A stretch of 64,000 nucleotides of DNA from Candidatus Cloacimonadales bacterium (GTDB lineage: Bacteria; Cloacimonadota; Cloacimonadia; Cloacimonadales; JAIOQZ01): NCBI GenBank assembly GCA_963674825.1, contig OY771587.1:1184001-1248000 (forward strand), in the 5' to 3' direction. The notes under the pieces are model-generated. The model was not told the origin of the DNA and ran no database searches. It saw only the letters and a list, made by a program, of their open reading frames with translations. How positions within the stretch are numbered: the first letter of the stretch is position 1; each line of letters starts with the position of its first letter. This document shows, one piece after another, positions 59,499 through 64,000 of the stretch. The position numbers and the translations under genes were made by a program.

Positions 59499-61571
59499 AT
59501 GAGAGAGGGTTTCAGGGTAATCATCGTTCTTCTATTGTTGTCCGGGCTTTGCTACGCCCAGGAATATCGCGTCAACACCAATCACAAAATCAAGCGCCCG
59601 GCTACGCAGCGGCAAGTGCCGGAATGGAATTTTGAGGTCGAACCAACCGAGCTCGTCGAAATCCACAACGAAGCCGCGTTTCATCCGAATGCCATTTCAG
59701 TTCAACAACAAAATGAAGACTCCTATAGTGGTGTCTTTACGCTTTACAAGGCAAAGCTATCGGAACAAGCGCTCTCTCGTGAATTACTCTCGTATATCAA
59801 TTGTGATGGGACGCTCAATAGTACGAACTATGTGTCGCAGTACAACAACAGCGAAGGAACAGGGTCAATAGCCATCGACCCGGAAACATACGATCCGATC
59901 TACGCCTGGGAGTGCTACACCGGCAACAATCCCTATCCAGATATCATGCTGGGTATGGATGCCTGGCATCTTCTGGGATCTCCGGGATTACTATCGACAC
60001 CGATCATGATCTTCAACAACAACGATGCGGACGAATTCCCTGAGTATGAGCCACAGGAAAATCGCTATCTACAGAAACCGATCATTCTGATCAGCCATGC
60101 GCCAAGCTATAATGAAGATGGGAAACGCAGAGTTTTCGTCATTGCCAGTCAGCCCAACAACAATCGCTACGATTCCGATCCCTTGTCACAGCTCGTGATC
60201 GCATGGACCGATTTCACGACGACCGATATTGAATGGGGGAATTTTCCATCGCTCGATTGGAGTTTTGCCACGAACATCAACCTTGTCGAGCCCTGCACAC
60301 CTTGCGATGTAAAGACTCATTTCTCTGCGGCATGCGACGAATCAGGTAATATCGCCATTGTTGGCTGGAAAGAAGGACCGTGGGATCAATTGCCACAGGA
60401 TGAACCGGAGTTCTTCGTCTTATACAACGATAATTACGGCGAAGGCGATTGGGAGCTGCATGAAACCAACCTCGAACTGGAGGTAGACTCACCCTCGAAT
60501 CAAAACGGCGTTCCATGGTTACAGGGAACGGAAGAGCTTGCTTTTGCACCAGTCTATGCAGGCAATTTCACCGCACAATGGGATGACGAGGGTCGCCTCC
60601 ATGTCCAGATGCCTTTCACGCTCAGGGGGCTTCAGTTCCGCGTGCCAACCGTCTGGCCGCTCCTATCGCAAGTGAGAGACGTTTTCTTTGACATAGTTGA
60701 TAATGAGTTCTACAGTACCGAAATTTATCCTCAAAGCACAAGTAGCGAACTCAATGTTCCCTTCCTTCCGTGGGACATAAACAAAGATGAACAAGTTGAT
60801 GAGTTTGATCCCCAAACGGGCCAAGTCGTACCGGTCTGCACACTTCCATTCCAGCACTGGGATATGCAGTTCGCACATTACCTTAACGGCATCAAATCGG
60901 CAGTTAATCTCGATTTTGATTTCATGGCCTGTACCTGGATGGATGCGCTTGATTCTTACATCGCGCACCTTGAAGGAGAAGCCAAGCCGCCCAATATCAT
61001 GGTTAGCATATCCAATTCATCGGGTCTCCCCTGGGCAGACCCAATCATCATGAGTCCTGACCCGGATAATGAGGATGGTAACTTCGTCGATGATCTCGAA
61101 GGACAGATTCCCAATACGCCCAATTTGCAATCTCCCATTGCCTATCTTGGAGACTATTATGGACGTGTCGGGATTTCCTATATAGACGAGTATTCTCACG
61201 GTCCTTATGGAGAAATTGGCGGTACCCTGCGCTATATGTGGCTTTCTGTCGAGTACAACGTCTGGGTGCTTGATAACGCTGATGAAAACGCACAGCCGGT
61301 AATCTCACGCGGAAATCATCCCAATCCCTTCAATCCATCCACAACCATCAGCTTCGATCTTCCCACAGAACAACCGGTAACGCTCGAAGTGTACAACATT
61401 CGCGGCCAGAAGGTCAAAACGCTGGTAAATAGTATGGGAAAAAAGGGAATTAACTGCGTCGTGTGGAATGGCGACGATATGGCTGGCAAAGCCGTATCCA
61501 GCGGGATCTATTTCTATCGGTTGCAGACGGAGAATCAGTCCATCACGCAGAAGATGCTGATGGTGAAGTAA
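59499..61571 (+). CDS. Secreted acidic protein with C-terminal FlgD-Ig/T9SS-like domain
   Basis: GGGAGG RBS, signal peptide; 'NHPNPFNPSTTISF...SSGIYFYRL...KMLMVK'. Confidence 0.82.
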   Translation: MREGFRVIIVLLLLSGLCYAQEYRVNTNHKIKRPATQRQVPEWNFEVEPTELVEIHNEAAFHPNAISVQQQNEDSYSGVFTLYKAKLSEQALSRELLSYINCDGTLNSTNYVSQYNNSEGTGSIAIDPETYDPIYAWECYTGNNPYPDIMLGMDAWHLLGSPGLLSTPIMIFNNNDADEFPEYEPQENRYLQKPIILISHAPSYNEDGKRRVFVIASQPNNNRYDSDPLSQLVIAWTDFTTTDIEWGNFPSLDWSFATNINLVEPCTPCDVKTHFSAACDESGNIAIVGWKEGPWDQLPQDEPEFFVLYNDNYGEGDWELHETNLELEVDSPSNQNGVPWLQGTEELAFAPVYAGNFTAQWDDEGRLHVQMPFTLRGLQFRVPTVWPLLSQVRDVFFDIVDNEFYSTEIYPQSTSSELNVPFLPWDINKDEQVDEFDPQTGQVVPVCTLPFQHWDMQFAHYLNGIKSAVNLDFDFMACTWMDALDSYIAHLEGEAKPPNIMVSISNSSGLPWADPIIMSPDPDNEDGNFVDDLEGQIPNTPNLQSPIAYLGDYYGRVGISYIDEYSHGPYGEIGGTLRYMWLSVEYNVWVLDNADENAQPVISRGNHPNPFNPSTTISFDLPTEQPVTLEVYNIRGQKVKTLVNSMGKKGINCVVWNGDDMAGKAVSSGIYFYRLQTENQSITQKMLMVK

Positions 61572-61613
61572 GTTCGGCTTTTGCGCAGCAAAAACGATTA
61601 AGAGATTGGAGCT

Positions 61614-61643
61614 GTAGGGGCAATCCACAGGATTGCCCCTTAC
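61614..61643. repeat. GTAG-type REP-like palindrome (may also act as a terminator)
   Basis: GTAGGGGCAATCC-ACA-GGATTGCCCCTTAC between convergent genes; same family as 1557-1690. Confidence 0.65.
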
Positions 61644-61654
61644 CATTCCCTAGC

Positions 61655-64000
61655 TTATTTTATCATAAGCATTTTTCGTGTATCGGAGATGGTTGAAGTC
61701 TTCATCCTGTAGAAATAGAGCCCCGACGAGACCGATTTTCCGCAATCGTTGCGACCATCCCATCCAACCGCGTATGTACCGGCAATCTGCGATTCATTCA
61801 CCAGCGTACGCACAAGCTGGCCTCGTTGATTATAGATCGAGAGGTTAACCGGGCTATCTTCCGCAAGCTGATAGCTAATGGTCGTGGATGGATTGAACGG
61901 ATTGGGGAAGTTAACGCCTAGAAGCGTCTCCATGGGCAGCTCAGGAGTATCACCTCCGCCTTCACCTCCACCCGGTTTGATCGTCAGTGAAACCGGTCCG
62001 AAAAGCTGAGAAGTACCATTCATCTCATAGCCCTCGAGCCAGTAATAATAGGTCTCATCCATTGCCACGTCTTCATCGACGAAGCTGTATCGCTGTTCGA
62101 CGGATGTATTGTGCGCCGGGATAATCTCAGATGTGACAAGAATCGCCGTATCACCGCTTTCATCCGTATCCCGCAATACATGATAGCCAATCATATCGGA
62201 TTCCGTCTGTGTTTCCCAGGCAATCAGCGCAAAGCACTCACCGGTAAGCGCAGCAGAGAATGAACTGAGCGTAATCGCGAGTGTTGATTCATCGTAAACC
62301 GCGATCGCGAAATCGGAGAAAGCGCTGAGTCCATGAACAGTGAGAAGATTCCCCGCGATAGACAGGGTTGCACCCAATTCGTTGACATCAACCCACTCGG
62401 AACCGCTGTTGGGCCGCTTGAGGACGTGCAACATCTCGTAGTCTTCCACCACCAGATCGGAGATATCGAACGTGATATCGTAAGTTCCCACTGTCGAGCT
62501 GTTCGGCGAGATCGTCCACCACACGGCATAGAGGCTATCGATATCTGCAGGAAGTTCACCCGTAACGCCGGGCTGGCTGAACAGTTGCGTGGCCTGTAGT
62601 CGTGTTACGCTTTGGTTGCCGTCAAACTGGATCACCAAATCGATATTGGGAATTTGAATAGGGCTGGTGGTACCGGAAGCAATATAGGTGGTTTCGTTTA
62701 ATTCATCGCTACCACTGTACCACGTGAGGAAAGGATAACCGTTGTTTGTCTCGTTATCCACACCCCATGTATTACCGGACCCATTAGCGTTTTCACCCAG
62801 CAGATCCCAACCGGCATCGATGAAAATTGGAGCGTCGCTCATCTGGTCGGTTGTGAGCCCGGTTCCGACAGCGCTGTTCGACTTGTTGGACGTGTGCACA
62901 TCCCAGAAGCAGCCACTAGCCAAAGCGCTCGATGCCGCTGCCGCGAAACCACCCGTGGTTCCACTTCCATCAACTCGACCCTTGCAATAGCAATTAGTCA
63001 CGCTTGCACTTCCGAGGTAACCGAGGAAGCCGCCGTAGTTCGTACCACCGCCGTCGATATAGCAAATGCTGTAGCAGTCCTGGATCGTGCATGTATAAGG
63101 TGAAGACGGGCTAGAGCTTCCAATCAAACCACCGACCGAATTGCTTCCTTCGATATCTCCGGAGCTGAAACAGCGCTTCACGGCTCCACCCTGTTGATAT
63201 CCGACGATGCCGCCGACCCGGGTGCCTCCTTCGACAAAGACTGTCGAGACACACTCGCTGATGGTAGAATTACCCCAGAGTTGCCCAACCAATCCGCTAA
63301 CATTGGTCGTGCCGTCAACATCACCCGACACGGAGCATCCGTTTACCGTTGAATGGCTCAGTGTTCCGACGAATCCACCAACGCTCGTCGCGCCTTTGAC
63401 ATCAATGTTTTCAAGGGTCAGATCGCTGATCTGCGCGGTGTATGCGTAACCGAAAAACCCGGTGCAGTCAGCCGTGCTATGGTTATTATAATAACCGCTT
63501 ATCGTGTGACCATCACCATCGAACGAGCCGGTAAACCGATTATTGAAAGTGCCAATGGAGGTAGCCCCACCGGTAACTGCGGTCAGCGAGCTGGCATCGA
63601 TATCGGAAATCAGCAGGAAGTCCGCGCTCCATACACTGGAATTGTTGATCAACCAGAGAAGGTTGGCCAGGTTGATGATTTGATATGGCGATTCAGGCGT
63701 ACCGCTTCCAGAAGCCTTGAGAGCTGGATAATTGAATCCACCATACCATGCGAGGCTGGGGTATTCGTCCGATATGCTGTCGAACCGCCATACGCCGGCA
63801 CTTGGTTCGCCGATAACAGTCAGATTGAAATTCCAGCCGGCGTTGACGAAATTCGCCAGATTATGTGTCATCTCATCTGTTGTAAGTCCCGTTCCGCCAC
63901 CGTAGGTTGTCGTTACCCCGACCGTCTGGGAGTCCCAGAAACAACCGCTCATGGATACACTGCCTTCACCCGTTGCGATGAGAGCGCCTTTGGTCCCACC
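61655..64000 (-). CDS. Secreted GLUG-repeat protein with C-terminal FlgD-Ig/T9SS-like domain (5' partial)
   Basis: Frame is open to the window end. 'GSGTPESPYQI', 'FTGSFDGDGHTI', repeated 'VGGLIG/VGGIVG', 'FWD..TS'; C-terminal 'NFPNPFNPSTTISY...KMLMIK'. Confidence 0.85.
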   Translation of the reverse strand, partial: GGTKGALIATGEGSVSMSGCFWDSQTVGVTTTYGGGTGLTTDEMTHNLANFVNAGWNFNLTVIGEPSAGVWRFDSISDEYPSLAWYGGFNYPALKASGSGTPESPYQIINLANLLWLINNSSVWSADFLLISDIDASSLTAVTGGATSIGTFNNRFTGSFDGDGHTISGYYNNHSTADCTGFFGYAYTAQISDLTLENIDVKGATSVGGFVGTLSHSTVNGCSVSGDVDGTTNVSGLVGQLWGNSTISECVSTVFVEGGTRVGGIVGYQQGGAVKRCFSSGDIEGSNSVGGLIGSSSPSSPYTCTIQDCYSICYIDGGGTNYGGFLGYLGSASVTNCYCKGRVDGSGTTGGFAAAASSALASGCFWDVHTSNKSNSAVGTGLTTDQMSDAPIFIDAGWDLLGENANGSGNTWGVDNETNNGYPFLTWYSGSDELNETTYIASGTTSPIQIPNIDLVIQFDGNQSVTRLQATQLFSQPGVTGELPADIDSLYAVWWTISPNSSTVGTYDITFDISDLVVEDYEMLHVLKRPNSGSEWVDVNELGATLSIAGNLLTVHGLSAFSDFAIAVYDESTLAITLSSFSAALTGECFALIAWETQTESDMIGYHVLRDTDESGDTAILVTSEIIPAHNTSVEQRYSFVDEDVAMDETYYYWLEGYEMNGTSQLFGPVSLTIKPGGGEGGGDTPELPMETLLGVNFPNPFNPSTTISYQLAEDSPVNLSIYNQRGQLVRTLVNESQIAGTYAVGWDGRNDCGKSVSSGLYFYRMKTSTISDTRKMLMIK

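Overview
Bacterial chromosomal window of roughly 50% GC (estimated by eye). It most resembles Candidatus Cloacimonadota or another FCB-related anaerobe, because four secreted proteins end in the 'NPFNPxTxIxY/F' FlgD-Ig/T9SS-like C-terminal domain; this placement is an inference. About 50 CDSs are supportable. Housekeeping and metabolic genes: parvulin PPIase, hldD, RNase HIII, hutH, rsmI, efp, megL, pruA. Envelope genes: YfhO, two GT4 glycosyltransferases, a DUF3857-like pair. Signalling and transport: a Cys-rich PAS/GAF phosphorelay, an adenylate cyclase-STAND-TPR protein, a TetR-RND efflux operon and an ECF sigma/anti-sigma/Spy operon. No rRNA, tRNA, CRISPR array or transposase was seen, but several REP-like palindrome families lie in intergenic DNA. 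Best candidates for new biology: (1) a 10-gene co-oriented locus (24376-34930) joining a CYTH-like protein, Ppx/GppA, a tripartite tricarboxylate transporter with fused TctC-TctB, DUF47, PiT, an OprO/P porin and surface lamin-tail/beta-propeller proteins, possibly a polyphosphate or phospho-compound scavenging system; (2) a probable Na+ (DUF1646) riboswitch ahead of pruA; (3) a 68-aa Cys4 protein after efp resembling a zinc-binding form of ribosomal protein bL38; (4) a secreted-protein gene with an AT-rich internal cassette. All family calls come from motif recognition, not database searches.
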